Positions 16,680 through 26,302 of a DNA stretch of 64,000 bases are shown here, piece by piece. A program made the translations under genes and the position numbers. The stretch is from Caldisericia bacterium (lineage in GTDB: Bacteria > Caldisericota > Caldisericia > JAAYUI01). How positions within the stretch are numbered: the stretch's first letter is position 1; each line of letters begins with the position of its first letter. Location: the NCBI GenBank assembly GCA_963674785.1, contig OY771555.1, forward strand, positions 960,001-1,024,000. Reading direction: 5' to 3'. The notes below the pieces were generated by a model. The model was not told where the DNA came from. It made no database searches and saw only the letters and a program-made list of their open reading frames with translations.

Positions 16680-19600
16680 ATGGAATCCTCTGACAATTTG
16701 ATAAAACTAGCTTTTTCAATGCAATCAAACAAGGGCGTTTATGCTCTCCTTCTTGGTTCTGGGATTTCAATTTCGGCAGGTATCCCAACAGGTTGGGGAG
16801 TTGTTTGCGACCTTATAAATAAACTCGCAAGACTGCATGGTGAAAACCCTGGCGAGAAGTGTTGGGAATGGTACGAAAAAAAGTTTGATAAACCAGCAGA
16901 CTATTCAGATCTCCTTGATTTCCTGGCAGATACTCCCACCCAAAGGGCGAAACTTCTAACATCATATTTTGAGCCAAATGATGAAGAAAAAAAGTCAGGT
17001 AAAAAACTTCCAACACCTGCACATAAGGCGATTGCAAAGCTAATTGAACAGAAGTTTGTGAAGGTCATTATTACAACAAATTTCGATAGACTTCTTGAAA
17101 AAGCACTTTCTGATTTGAATATCAATCCAAGAGTTGTTTCGTCTTCAGATGATATTGAAGGTCTACCATCTCTTGTTCATATGGAAAGACCACTAATAAT
17201 CAAAGTAAACGGTGATTATCTTGATTCAAGAATAAAAAATACTCCAGAGGAGCTTGAAAACTATACTTCTGAAATGAACCAACTTTTGACTGAGATTTTT
17301 TCAGAGTATGGATTGATAATATCTGGTTGGTCAGCAAGATATGATTCAGCCTTAATTGAGTGTTATGAGCAGGCTAAAAACACTGATTTTATAACGTGTT
17401 GGATAGATCCATTTGATTTATCAGAGCCAGCTTTGAAGCTTTTGTCATTGAGAAATGGAAGATTTATCAAAGAAAAAGCAGATATCTTTTTCCCAGAACT
17501 TGCAAAAAAGTTACGCTGCATTTATGAAAGATCAGATAAACTAGATGTTCCGAACAACCTTCCTGAGGGTCTTTCATCTTTTATTGGAAGAGAAAAAGAG
17601 ATTTCTGAAATCCTTGAGCTTGAAAAAAAACATAGGATGATAACTCTTGTTGGACCTGCAGGGGTTGGTAAAACAAGATTGGCAATTGAGATCGCAAAAA
17701 GACTTTCAAGCTCAAGCTATTCTAAAATATGGTTTATCAATCTTTCACTCGTTTCTGAAAAAATCCAAGTATATCAAATAATCTTTGAGGCATTGGGTAT
17801 TCGATTAGATTATACTGAGTCTTCTATTGATGCTATCATCAATGCAATAAAAAACACAAAGTGTTTGATAATTTTCGATAACTGTGAACAGGTAATAAAC
17901 ATTGTCTCACAGATTGCAAAAAAGCTTTTAAATGAAACAAAACAGCTAAAGATAATTGCAACAAGCAGGGAGACTCTAAACATTGAGATCGAAGCTAGGT
18001 GGTACACTCCTGTTATGGAATTCCCAGAACGATCTGATGAGGAATTCTCAAAAATTCTTGAATACTCAAGTATAAAGCTATTTTATGAACGAGCAAAAAC
18101 TGTATCATCAGATTTTGTCTTAGATGAAAACAATATCCGAAGTGTTGTCAATATTTGTATCAAACTTGATGGCTTACCGCTTGCAATCGAACTTGCATCA
18201 GCAAGAACAAAAGTTCTTTCTGTAAAACAAATTGAGAAAAAACTTGCAAGAAGATTCAAGCTATTAACAAAAAGTTTTAGTAGAGTCCCGGATAGACAAA
18301 AAACTCTTAAAGGTGCAATCGATTGGAGTTTTGATTTGTTATCTGATGATGAAAAAAAACTTCTTACTAGAGTATCTGTTTTTACTGGAGGATTTTCTCT
18401 GGAATCATCAGTTGCTGTTTTTACGGGAAGAATTTATAAGGGTGATACTGGGACAGATAAATATTTTGAATTTGATGAATTTGAAGTACTTGATCTGATA
18501 CAGCAATTAGTATCAAAATCTTTGATCATTTCAAAAAAATCAGTTGATGGGAATATCAGGTATAGCCTTCTCGAATCAATAAAGAAATATGGAATGGAAA
18601 AGCTAGAAACCTTTGGTGAAATGGTCTTGATCCATGACAGGCATTCCCGATGGTTTGATTTTTGGATAAACTCACACACAGAGAAACTCAGAACCAGTGA
18701 ACAATTCCTTTGGCAAAAGAAGATTGAATTTGAAAATGAAAACATCTTAGCGGCTCTGGATTACTTGTATGAGACAAAACGATTGACTAGATGTGCAAGG
18801 ATAATAAGTGGAGTTTCAATTTTCTGGGATTTGGTGTATTACAATGAACTTGGATACACTTGGACAAAAAAGGTTATTGAAACAGATCTTATTGATGATG
18901 ATGGACTTCTTGGTTTGATGTATAATTGTAATGGGGCTTTTTTGTTCAACTTAGGAAGGGACAATGAGGCAATTAGTTCTCATGAAAAAGCATTAAAGCT
19001 ATTTGAAAAAACAGGAAATAAGGAAAGAATTTCGATGGTTTCACAAAATCTTGCACTTTCCTATAAAAAAGTTGGAAAGATTTCAAAATGCGTTCCTTTG
19101 TTAGAAAAAGCAATAAAGGCAAGTATTGATGCAGAAAATGATTATTTCTTAGCTGTAAACAGAATGAATCTTGGCGATGTATATTTTTTCCAAGGTGACT
19201 TTGAGAAATCAATGGAACAATTTGAAAAGTCTATATCGATTTTTAGGAAGCTTTCAGATCAAAGAATGATTTTAATGGTTCAGAATAATTTTGCATCTGC
19301 ATACTATAACCTTCTAAATCTACCGAAGATGAAAGAAGTTCTTGATGAGATGTACCCGCTTGCTAAGTCAATCAGTTATACTGAATATGTTGATGTTTTG
19401 AGGCTGTTGTGTGATTATTATCTCATATTGGGAGAGTATGATAAAGCAACGAATCAATATAAACTGATGGAAAAGCTGAGAAAAGAAAATCCAACACAAT
19501 ACATTATCGAGCCGATCGAATATTCTTACTCTGCAATAATGATGGAAAAGGGTAATTTCGATGATGCATATGAAATATATGTAAATGCTGGACTTTTTGA

Positions 19601-20120
19601 TATGACAAAAGATTTCAGTATCAAAGAACTAATGCTGATGCTCTATTATTCAATTTCTATGAAGGATAAAAAGTTAATAGGTGAAATTATTGAAAAAATA
19701 TCAACCGATAAGAAAATAATCCCATCAAAACTAGATTTAATAAGGTTTGTTGGTTACAAAGCGACCTTTAATTATCTAGATGGAAAACTGTCTGAAGCGC
19801 TAGTTACCCTAAAAAAAGTAATCTTTGACTTTTATAAAATTGAGGCATATTTTGATCTTATCAAAATACTCGAGATGACGTCAATTGTTTTTTGTGAATT
19901 GGGTGATTTTTCGGTTTCTGCAATGATTCTTGGAAAAATGAAACAATTAAGATCTTTTTTCGGAACCCCACTTTCTCCAGCGAGGAAACCAGATATTGAA
20001 AAGTTAAAAGCTGATTTGAACCATGAAATCGGAGATGATTTTGAAAAAATGATGGTCAAAGGTTCAAAGCTTACGACTGAGGAAATAATTAAAGTTGTAG
20101 GTTGTGATTTAGTGAACTGA
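16680..20120 (+). CDS. SIR2-STAND NTPase (NB-ARC-like)-TPR protein, paralog 1 (NLR/Avs-like)
   Basis: SIR2 GSGISISAGIPTGW, ITTNFD; NLP..LSSFIGRE; Walker A GPAGVGKT; Walker B LIIFDNCE; LDGLPLAIELA; winged helix; C-terminal TPRs. Start at ATG 16680 by alignment to the paralog. Confidence 0.88.
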   Translation: MESSDNLIKLAFSMQSNKGVYALLLGSGISISAGIPTGWGVVCDLINKLARLHGENPGEKCWEWYEKKFDKPADYSDLLDFLADTPTQRAKLLTSYFEPNDEEKKSGKKLPTPAHKAIAKLIEQKFVKVIITTNFDRLLEKALSDLNINPRVVSSSDDIEGLPSLVHMERPLIIKVNGDYLDSRIKNTPEELENYTSEMNQLLTEIFSEYGLIISGWSARYDSALIECYEQAKNTDFITCWIDPFDLSEPALKLLSLRNGRFIKEKADIFFPELAKKLRCIYERSDKLDVPNNLPEGLSSFIGREKEISEILELEKKHRMITLVGPAGVGKTRLAIEIAKRLSSSSYSKIWFINLSLVSEKIQVYQIIFEALGIRLDYTESSIDAIINAIKNTKCLIIFDNCEQVINIVSQIAKKLLNETKQLKIIATSRETLNIEIEARWYTPVMEFPERSDEEFSKILEYSSIKLFYERAKTVSSDFVLDENNIRSVVNICIKLDGLPLAIELASARTKVLSVKQIEKKLARRFKLLTKSFSRVPDRQKTLKGAIDWSFDLLSDDEKKLLTRVSVFTGGFSLESSVAVFTGRIYKGDTGTDKYFEFDEFEVLDLIQQLVSKSLIISKKSVDGNIRYSLLESIKKYGMEKLETFGEMVLIHDRHSRWFDFWINSHTEKLRTSEQFLWQKKIEFENENILAALDYLYETKRLTRCARIISGVSIFWDLVYYNELGYTWTKKVIETDLIDDDGLLGLMYNCNGAFLFNLGRDNEAISSHEKALKLFEKTGNKERISMVSQNLALSYKKVGKISKCVPLLEKAIKASIDAENDYFLAVNRMNLGDVYFFQGDFEKSMEQFEKSISIFRKLSDQRMILMVQNNFASAYYNLLNLPKMKEVLDEMYPLAKSISYTEYVDVLRLLCDYYLILGEYDKATNQYKLMEKLRKENPTQYIIEPIEYSYSAIMMEKGNFDDAYEIYVNAGLFDMTKDFSIKELMLMLYYSISMKDKKLIGEIIEKISTDKKIIPSKLDLIRFVGYKATFNYLDGKLSEALVTLKKVIFDFYKIEAYFDLIKILEMTSIVFCELGDFSVSAMILGKMKQLRSFFGTPLSPARKPDIEKLKADLNHEIGDDFEKMMVKGSKLTTEEIIKVVGCDLVN
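16701..17300 (+). repeat. 600-bp near-identical direct repeat of 20196..20795 (SIR2-coding region)
   Basis: 200 codons with identical amino acids; only synonymous differences seen by eye. Confidence 0.9.
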
Positions 20121-20174
20121 TAAAAAACCAAGTCAGTTTACTTTTTTCTACATTTTCATATACTCTCACCTAGT

Positions 20175-23100
20175 ATGGAAGTCTCTGATAATACTATAAA
20201 ACTAGCATTTTCTATGCAATCGAATAAGGGTGTGTATGCTCTTCTGCTTGGTTCAGGAATATCAATATCAGCAGGCATCCCAACAGGTTGGGGAGTTGTT
20301 TGTGACCTTATAAATAAACTCGCAAGGCTGCATGGTGAAAACCCTGGCGAGAAATGCTGGGAATGGTACGAAAAAAAGTTTGACAAACCCGCAGACTATT
20401 CAGACCTCCTTGATTTCTTGGCAGATACTCCCACCCAAAGAGCAAAACTACTGACTTCATACTTTGAGCCAAATGATGAAGAAAAAAAGTCAGGCAAAAA
20501 ACTTCCAACACCTGCACACAAGGCGATTGCAAAACTTATTGAGCAGAAGTTTGTGAAGGTCATTATTACAACAAATTTCGATAGGCTTCTTGAAAAAGCA
20601 CTTTCTGATTTAAATATCAATCCAAGAGTTGTTTCGTCTTCAGATGATATTGAAGGTCTGCCATCTCTTGTTCATATGGAAAGACCACTAATAATCAAAG
20701 TAAACGGTGATTATCTTGATTCAAGAATAAAAAATACTCCAGAGGAGCTTGAAAACTATACTTCTGAAATGAACCAACTTTTGACTGAGATTTTTTTAAA
20801 GTATGGGTTGATACTCTCTGGATGGTCAGGCAAATATGATACTGCACTCATTGAGTGTTATAAAAATGGTATCAATAAAGAGTTTTCAACCTATTGGGTT
20901 GACCCTGGTGGATTATCAGACTCTGCAAGTGAACTTTTGTCTTTGAGGGATGGAAAGTTTGTAAAAGCAACATCAGATGAGTTTTTCTCTGATCTTGAAC
21001 ATAAGCTCATGAATAATGAGGTTCAAGAGACAAAAGAGACCTATGAGGTTCGAAATAATCTACCTGAAGACCTTTCATCATTCATTGGACGAAAAAAAGA
21101 GATTGATGAGATTAAATCTATTCTTGAAGATAAAAGACTGATCACAATCCTTGGTATCGGTGGTTCTGGAAAAACAAGACTTGTAATTGAGGCCGCAAAA
21201 AGAAACACTGATAAATTCACAGATGGTATCTGTTTTGTTAGTCTTTCTGATATTTCTGAAAAAATCCAGTTGGTTCAATCTATTTCTACATTTTTGAATG
21301 TTCAAGGTGACTCCGAAAAATCTCCGACTGAATTGATAATTGATCATATTTCAGATAAAAAAATGCTTTTAATCCTTGATAGTTGTGAGCTTGTTTCATC
21401 TTCGCTTGCAAAGATTTCAGAAAGGTTTTTGGAGAATTGCCCAAACTTGAGAATTATTGCTACAACAACTGAATCACTCGAGATCAAAGGTGAAGAGGTT
21501 TGGAGAATTCCATCACTTGTAGTTCCACAATCGAATTCAATTAAACTTGATGATTTTGAAAAATTTTCAGCAGTAAAATTATTTGTTGAAAGAGCAAGAT
21601 CTGTTGCAACTGATTTTACCCTTTCAGAAGAAAATTCGGACGCAGTTTGTGATATTGTGAGAAGACTCGATGGTTTACCGCTAGCAATTGAACTTGCTGC
21701 TGCAAGGGTGAAGGTTCTTTCACCAGACCAGATAAACCAAAAATTGAATAAAAGATTTAAGCTTTTGACAAAGGGTTCAAGAGATGCAACCGATAGACAG
21801 AAAACCCTTCGGAAAACAATTGATTGGAGTTATGATCTCCTCTCTTCTGATGAGAGAACATTGCTCAATAGGATGTCAGTTTTTTCTGAAGGATTCACAT
21901 TAGAGTCTTCAACCGCTATTGCCACAGGTGACTTTGAGTTCAAGTTAGATGACAAAGTACTCGCTGATTCAATTTCTGAAGATGCTGAAACTTTTGATGA
22001 TGATTTTTGTGAATTTGATGAGTTTGAAATCCTTGACCTTATTGATGGGCTTCACTCAAAATCACTTATTGTTACAAATAAAACTGCTAAAGGTGAAACA
22101 AGATATTATCTCCTAAACACGATAAGAGAATATGCAAAAGAAAAGCTTGTTGAGTCAGGCGAGTATGAATTTATAAGAAAAAGATACCTTAGGTGGTTCG
22201 CCACATGGGTAAACACCAATAGAAATAATCTGAGAGGTAAAGACCAAGCACTTTGGTTAGCAAGGTTTGAGTCAGAAAATAAAAATGTTCTTTCTGCAAT
22301 TGATTTTGCCTTCGAGTCAAATCAAGATGGATACTTGATAATCCTGACTTCCTCGATGTGCATTTTTTGGAATGTTATGGGTTATCATAGATTGGGTTTG
22401 GAAAAGACAAAGCAGGCGATTGAAAGAATCAATATCAAATCAAAAACAGCGGGTTCGCTTTGTTTGAATTCAGGTGTGTTTGCACATTGGCTTGGCGATT
22501 TTGATGAGGCTATCAGGGTTACAAATAAATCAATTGGAATACTTGAAGAAATTGATGCTCAGGATTCATTACTTTTTTCCTATCAGAATTTGGCAATCTA
22601 TTATCAGGGGAATGGAAATATAGATAAGAGCTTTGAGTTATATGAAAAAACAATAAAGCTCAGCACAGAATTGAAACAATACCATATGCTTGCGACAAGT
22701 CAGATGAATCTTGGTTTGAGTTATTTTGATGTTGGAAGATATGATGATGCCTTGAGAGAATTGAAGACCTCTCTTGCTTCATTTGAAAAGATCTCCGACT
22801 ATAGGATGATTTGTTGGACAAATAGATTAATATCATCGATCCATATTGACAGATTGAATCTCAAAGAAGCTGAAAGGTTTATTTCCGAGGCTATGAAATA
22901 TGGTGGAAAGTCTGGGGTTAACCTCGAGATAATTCTAACTTTGAGGAAAAAGGCTCAGTTTAATGTTCTGATTGGGAAATATGATGAAGCGATTGAATGC
23001 AATAATAAAATAAAACAGCTTTCAAAAAAACAGCTTCAAGATCTTGGAATGGATTATTATTATGATAGCTCAATCGAGATTTACATGTCGATGAATGATA

Positions 23101-23666
23101 TGGAAAAAACAAAGTATTATTTAGAAAAACTTGGTCATCTGAAAGAAGATGAAAAGTTTGGTTACAGAGAAAATGATATTAGCATATTGCTTACACTTGC
23201 CAAATATTACATTTTCAATCGAGAGCTAAATAACGCAAAACTTATTTTCGATAAAATTGATGAAAGAAAAAAAGTTCTTACAAAATCGTCTTTCATAAAT
23301 AGATATATGTTATATAAGGGGATGTATCTCCATTTGAAAAATGATTTTATGGAATCGACAGAATGCCTGCTAGGTGTTTTAAAAAACCATATGGAGTCGA
23401 AATCCATGTTACAGGTAATTGTTTCGCTGGAATTTCTATCCATGAGCTTTGGAAATATGAAGAAATATAAGGAAGCATCGCTTATTATCGGCAAAGCAAT
23501 TCAATTGAGAAATAAGTTTGGTGTCCCAAATGACCCCCTTATTAAACCTTACATTGATGAAATTATTGCCAACTTAAGCGAGTTTTCCGGAGCAACTTTT
23601 GAAAAATATGGAGATCGCGGAGCAAACATGTCCCTTGATGAGATTATCGAGTTTATATCTCAATAA
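20175..23666 (+). CDS. SIR2-STAND NTPase-TPR protein, paralog 2
   Basis: Same SIR2 domain; Walker A GIGGSGKT; Walker B LLILDSCE; LDGLPLAIELAAAR; diverged TPR region. Confidence 0.9.
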   Translation: MEVSDNTIKLAFSMQSNKGVYALLLGSGISISAGIPTGWGVVCDLINKLARLHGENPGEKCWEWYEKKFDKPADYSDLLDFLADTPTQRAKLLTSYFEPNDEEKKSGKKLPTPAHKAIAKLIEQKFVKVIITTNFDRLLEKALSDLNINPRVVSSSDDIEGLPSLVHMERPLIIKVNGDYLDSRIKNTPEELENYTSEMNQLLTEIFLKYGLILSGWSGKYDTALIECYKNGINKEFSTYWVDPGGLSDSASELLSLRDGKFVKATSDEFFSDLEHKLMNNEVQETKETYEVRNNLPEDLSSFIGRKKEIDEIKSILEDKRLITILGIGGSGKTRLVIEAAKRNTDKFTDGICFVSLSDISEKIQLVQSISTFLNVQGDSEKSPTELIIDHISDKKMLLILDSCELVSSSLAKISERFLENCPNLRIIATTTESLEIKGEEVWRIPSLVVPQSNSIKLDDFEKFSAVKLFVERARSVATDFTLSEENSDAVCDIVRRLDGLPLAIELAAARVKVLSPDQINQKLNKRFKLLTKGSRDATDRQKTLRKTIDWSYDLLSSDERTLLNRMSVFSEGFTLESSTAIATGDFEFKLDDKVLADSISEDAETFDDDFCEFDEFEILDLIDGLHSKSLIVTNKTAKGETRYYLLNTIREYAKEKLVESGEYEFIRKRYLRWFATWVNTNRNNLRGKDQALWLARFESENKNVLSAIDFAFESNQDGYLIILTSSMCIFWNVMGYHRLGLEKTKQAIERINIKSKTAGSLCLNSGVFAHWLGDFDEAIRVTNKSIGILEEIDAQDSLLFSYQNLAIYYQGNGNIDKSFELYEKTIKLSTELKQYHMLATSQMNLGLSYFDVGRYDDALRELKTSLASFEKISDYRMICWTNRLISSIHIDRLNLKEAERFISEAMKYGGKSGVNLEIILTLRKKAQFNVLIGKYDEAIECNNKIKQLSKKQLQDLGMDYYYDSSIEIYMSMNDMEKTKYYLEKLGHLKEDEKFGYRENDISILLTLAKYYIFNRELNNAKLIFDKIDERKKVLTKSSFINRYMLYKGMYLHLKNDFMESTECLLGVLKNHMESKSMLQVIVSLEFLSMSFGNMKKYKEASLIIGKAIQLRNKFGVPNDPLIKPYIDEIIANLSEFSGATFEKYGDRGANMSLDEIIEFISQ

Positions 23667-24556
23667 TTGATTCTGGAAATCTTTTTAAATCTGACCTGTG
23701 ATATTACAACTCCTGAAAGAACAACAACAATTCCAACCATATTAAAAATTGTCAGTTTTTCACCAAGCACTATGAATGCCGCAATTGCAGTAAAAATCGG
23801 GATTGTATTTGTGAAAAGGTTTGCGGTTGACATCCCAAGTTCCTGGATTGCAGAAATGAAGAAGATATAGGCAAGTGATGAGCCGAGAACCGCCAGTAGA
23901 AGAAATGGCATGATGGTACCTGAAACAAATCCAATTTTAAGAATATGTCTCAGATCAGTTACCAGGAATAGTGGAATGAACATTATTGAACCGATAAGAT
24001 TCTGCCAGAAGAGGATTGAAAAAACATTGTATCGATCCTTGAGTTTATATATGAGTACGGTGTAGATAATTGCTGAAAGAATAGCCAAGAATAAAAGAAA
24101 AACACCAAATGGGTGTGCTGAAAATGAAAGATCATTCTTCATGACTACCATCAAAACCCCGAAAAATGAGATTATCATTCCCAAAACAAAAAATCTTGTG
24201 AGTTTTTCTTTGAAGAAAATATGTCCCGCAATTGGCGTAAAAAGCGGAATCATTGCGATGATTACTGCTGTGACAGTTGTGGAGACATACATCAATCCGT
24301 AGTTTTCGCAGATGAAATATAAAAATGGTTGGAAGAGTGACAAAAGCACGAACTGCCAAAAATCTTCTTTTCGAATCTTTTGCAGTTGTTTTAGAAACAG
24401 ATTGAATATAAACATGAAAAAAACTGAAATGATGAGTCTTACAGTTATGATTGTGATCGGATTGTAGAACTCAAGAATCTGTTTTGTCCAAATAAAGGTG
24501 AGTCCCCAGAAAACCATTGCCAGAGAAAGATTTATGTATACAAGAGCTTTTTTCAT
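23660..24556 (-). CDS. DMT/EamA family transporter
   Basis: About 10 TM helices, FWG..F, P.FT....FFKE, PIFT...FIVLGE. Confidence 0.9.
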   Translation of the reverse strand: MKKALVYINLSLAMVFWGLTFIWTKQILEFYNPITIITVRLIISVFFMFIFNLFLKQLQKIRKEDFWQFVLLSLFQPFLYFICENYGLMYVSTTVTAVIIAMIPLFTPIAGHIFFKEKLTRFFVLGMIISFFGVLMVVMKNDLSFSAHPFGVFLLFLAILSAIIYTVLIYKLKDRYNVFSILFWQNLIGSIMFIPLFLVTDLRHILKIGFVSGTIMPFLLLAVLGSSLAYIFFISAIQELGMSTANLFTNTIPIFTAIAAFIVLGEKLTIFNMVGIVVVLSGVVISQVRFKKISRINY

Positions 24557-24572
24557 GTTTTATTACTTGTGA

Positions 24573-24950
24573 CTATTGTTTTGTCTTGAGGTTCTCGATT
24601 ACCTTTAGGGCTTCCTCTTTTGATGAAACTACATGAACTATCTCTTTTCGAAATGTTCCAACGAGTTTCATACCTGATTTTTGAAGCAGACTTTTTACAA
24701 TTGAAATTGACGCAAGCCATGAGCCATGAAGTGAACTTGAGAGTTTGCTGTATTTTATTGCAGGACCCGATTTTGGAAAAAGCTCGGTTACGTCAGAGAT
24801 AAACCAGCATTTCTTCCCAATACTGGAAACATTGACCCTGATCTTCTCAAAAACTTCAACAGCGTCTTTATCGGTGTCCATATTCCCGACAAGTTTTGCA
24901 AGCAGGATGTTCTCCTGCTCATCGTATTCAAAATTTACGTCTACTGGCAT
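24573..24950 (-). CDS. Small STAS/SEC14 (SpoIIAA-like) fold protein
   Basis: NILLAKLVG..., W.ISD, C-terminal SSKEEALKVI. GGAGGT SD and its own TTGACA-16-TAGAAT promoter. Confidence 0.55.
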   Translation of the reverse strand: MPVDVNFEYDEQENILLAKLVGNMDTDKDAVEVFEKIRVNVSSIGKKCWFISDVTELFPKSGPAIKYSKLSSSLHGSWLASISIVKSLLQKSGMKLVGTFRKEIVHVVSSKEEALKVIENLKTKQ

Positions 24951-24995
24951 ATAACCTCCGCCATCATTCTAAATTGCGATAGTAGTATGTCAAAC

Positions 24996-25370
24996 CTATG
25001 AATTGCCTTTTTCAGAATGTTTCTTTACGATTTCCATTGCTGACTCTAGGTCGAATGCAGTGTAGAAATTGACTCTTCTGTAATATCTCAAAAGGTTTAT
25101 TCCAGTCTTTCTGATAACATCCTGAAGAATAAAGACTGTCCCGTGTCTTTTTGCGTCCAAACCCATCATCCCTTTTGCAAAATACTGAACCAAAGTAATG
25201 CTTTCTATCATAAAATCTGAAATATCAGAAATTATCCAGAACTTTTTGTCAAACTCTGAATCGATTTTTTTGAATTCCGCAACAAGCTCATCTATCTGAA
25301 CTCTCGTATTCAAATGCCCTATAGGCTTAACAAAAACTGTATTAATATCGGGGAAGTATCTTTTTTCCAT
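24996..25370 (-). CDS. Small STAS/SEC14-like protein, paralog of 24573..24950
   Basis: NTVFVKPIG, KKFWIISDIS, K.G..L, C-terminal LESAMEIV. Start uncertain (25370 vs 25397). Confidence 0.55.
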   Translation of the reverse strand: MEKRYFPDINTVFVKPIGHLNTRVQIDELVAEFKKIDSEFDKKFWIISDISDFMIESITLVQYFAKGMMGLDAKRHGTVFILQDVIRKTGINLLRYYRRVNFYTAFDLESAMEIVKKHSEKGNS

Positions 25371-25481
25371 TGTTAACACCATAACTATGCGGAGCAAGAT
25401 GTTATAGCATTTGCGTACACTGACAATACCAGTAATTGTTAAGAAATCTTCTGTTTAATTATGTTTGTTATCAGTTTTTGC

Positions 25482-26285
25482 CTAAAGTCCACTTTCATCA
25501 GCAAGGGTTAGATCGACTGCACCGATTGCAGTTATCAAGAAACTGAAGACGAAGAGGATGTGTATTACCCCAAATTCACCCATGTTTCCAAACAATCTTG
25601 CCCAGACAATGTAATTGAATAGGAACATCGTCAGGCTTCCGATAGCGATCAGAAGGAACGGTCTTCCAATTCTTCCACCAGCAAAAACCATCGTGCATCT
25701 GAGAGCAGATGCAAACACAAAAAGCGTCAAAGTCGGATATATTATTTGGATTATTAGATTCAAGGTTGTGAGATTCTCAGACTTATTTACAAAGAAGATT
25801 ATAATTGTGATTATAAGAACAGCCAAAAGCGAAAGAAGAAACCACTTTCTTTGTGAGTTTCGGAGTGTAATATCAAGGCTCTTTGGAAATGCGAAAAGTG
25901 CCCACGCAACAAGGATTCCACCGATAAGATAGAGAACCGATGCCTGAATCAAAGAGCTAGCAAGCTCATGATGAAGGACAAAAACGCGAACGAAGAATTC
26001 ATATCCATATCCAAATGCGATTGCCCATATACCAAAACCAATCATTATGACGTAGCTTTTTACGGTCTGAAGGATTCTGCCAAAAAAACCTTGATAAAGA
26101 AGTATTCCGCCAGCAACAAAGGCAGACAAAAACTTGAGAACGCCAATCCAATGTAACCCAAGTAGCTTGAAAACACCCATTGATGGTGTGGTAACAGGGG
26201 TTCCACCTTTGTGAGTAAGAAGCAATATAGATACTAGTATTGAAAGAAAAACTGCGGAAATAACACTGATTTTTGTCTTGTCCAT
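25482..26285 (-). CDS. Polytopic (7-8 TM) membrane protein, sensor-domain-like
   Basis: Hydrophobic helices; shares AG.ILLYQGF.G.IL.TV and ALRCTMVFA.GRIGRPFL.IAIG with the neighbour. Confidence 0.75.
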   Translation of the reverse strand: MDKTKISVISAVFLSILVSILLLTHKGGTPVTTPSMGVFKLLGLHWIGVLKFLSAFVAGGILLYQGFFGRILQTVKSYVIMIGFGIWAIAFGYGYEFFVRVFVLHHELASSLIQASVLYLIGGILVAWALFAFPKSLDITLRNSQRKWFLLSLLAVLIITIIIFFVNKSENLTTLNLIIQIIYPTLTLFVFASALRCTMVFAGGRIGRPFLLIAIGSLTMFLFNYIVWARLFGNMGEFGVIHILFVFSFLITAIGAVDLTLADESGL

Positions 26286-26302
26286 TTCCATCTTTCCTTT
26301 TA

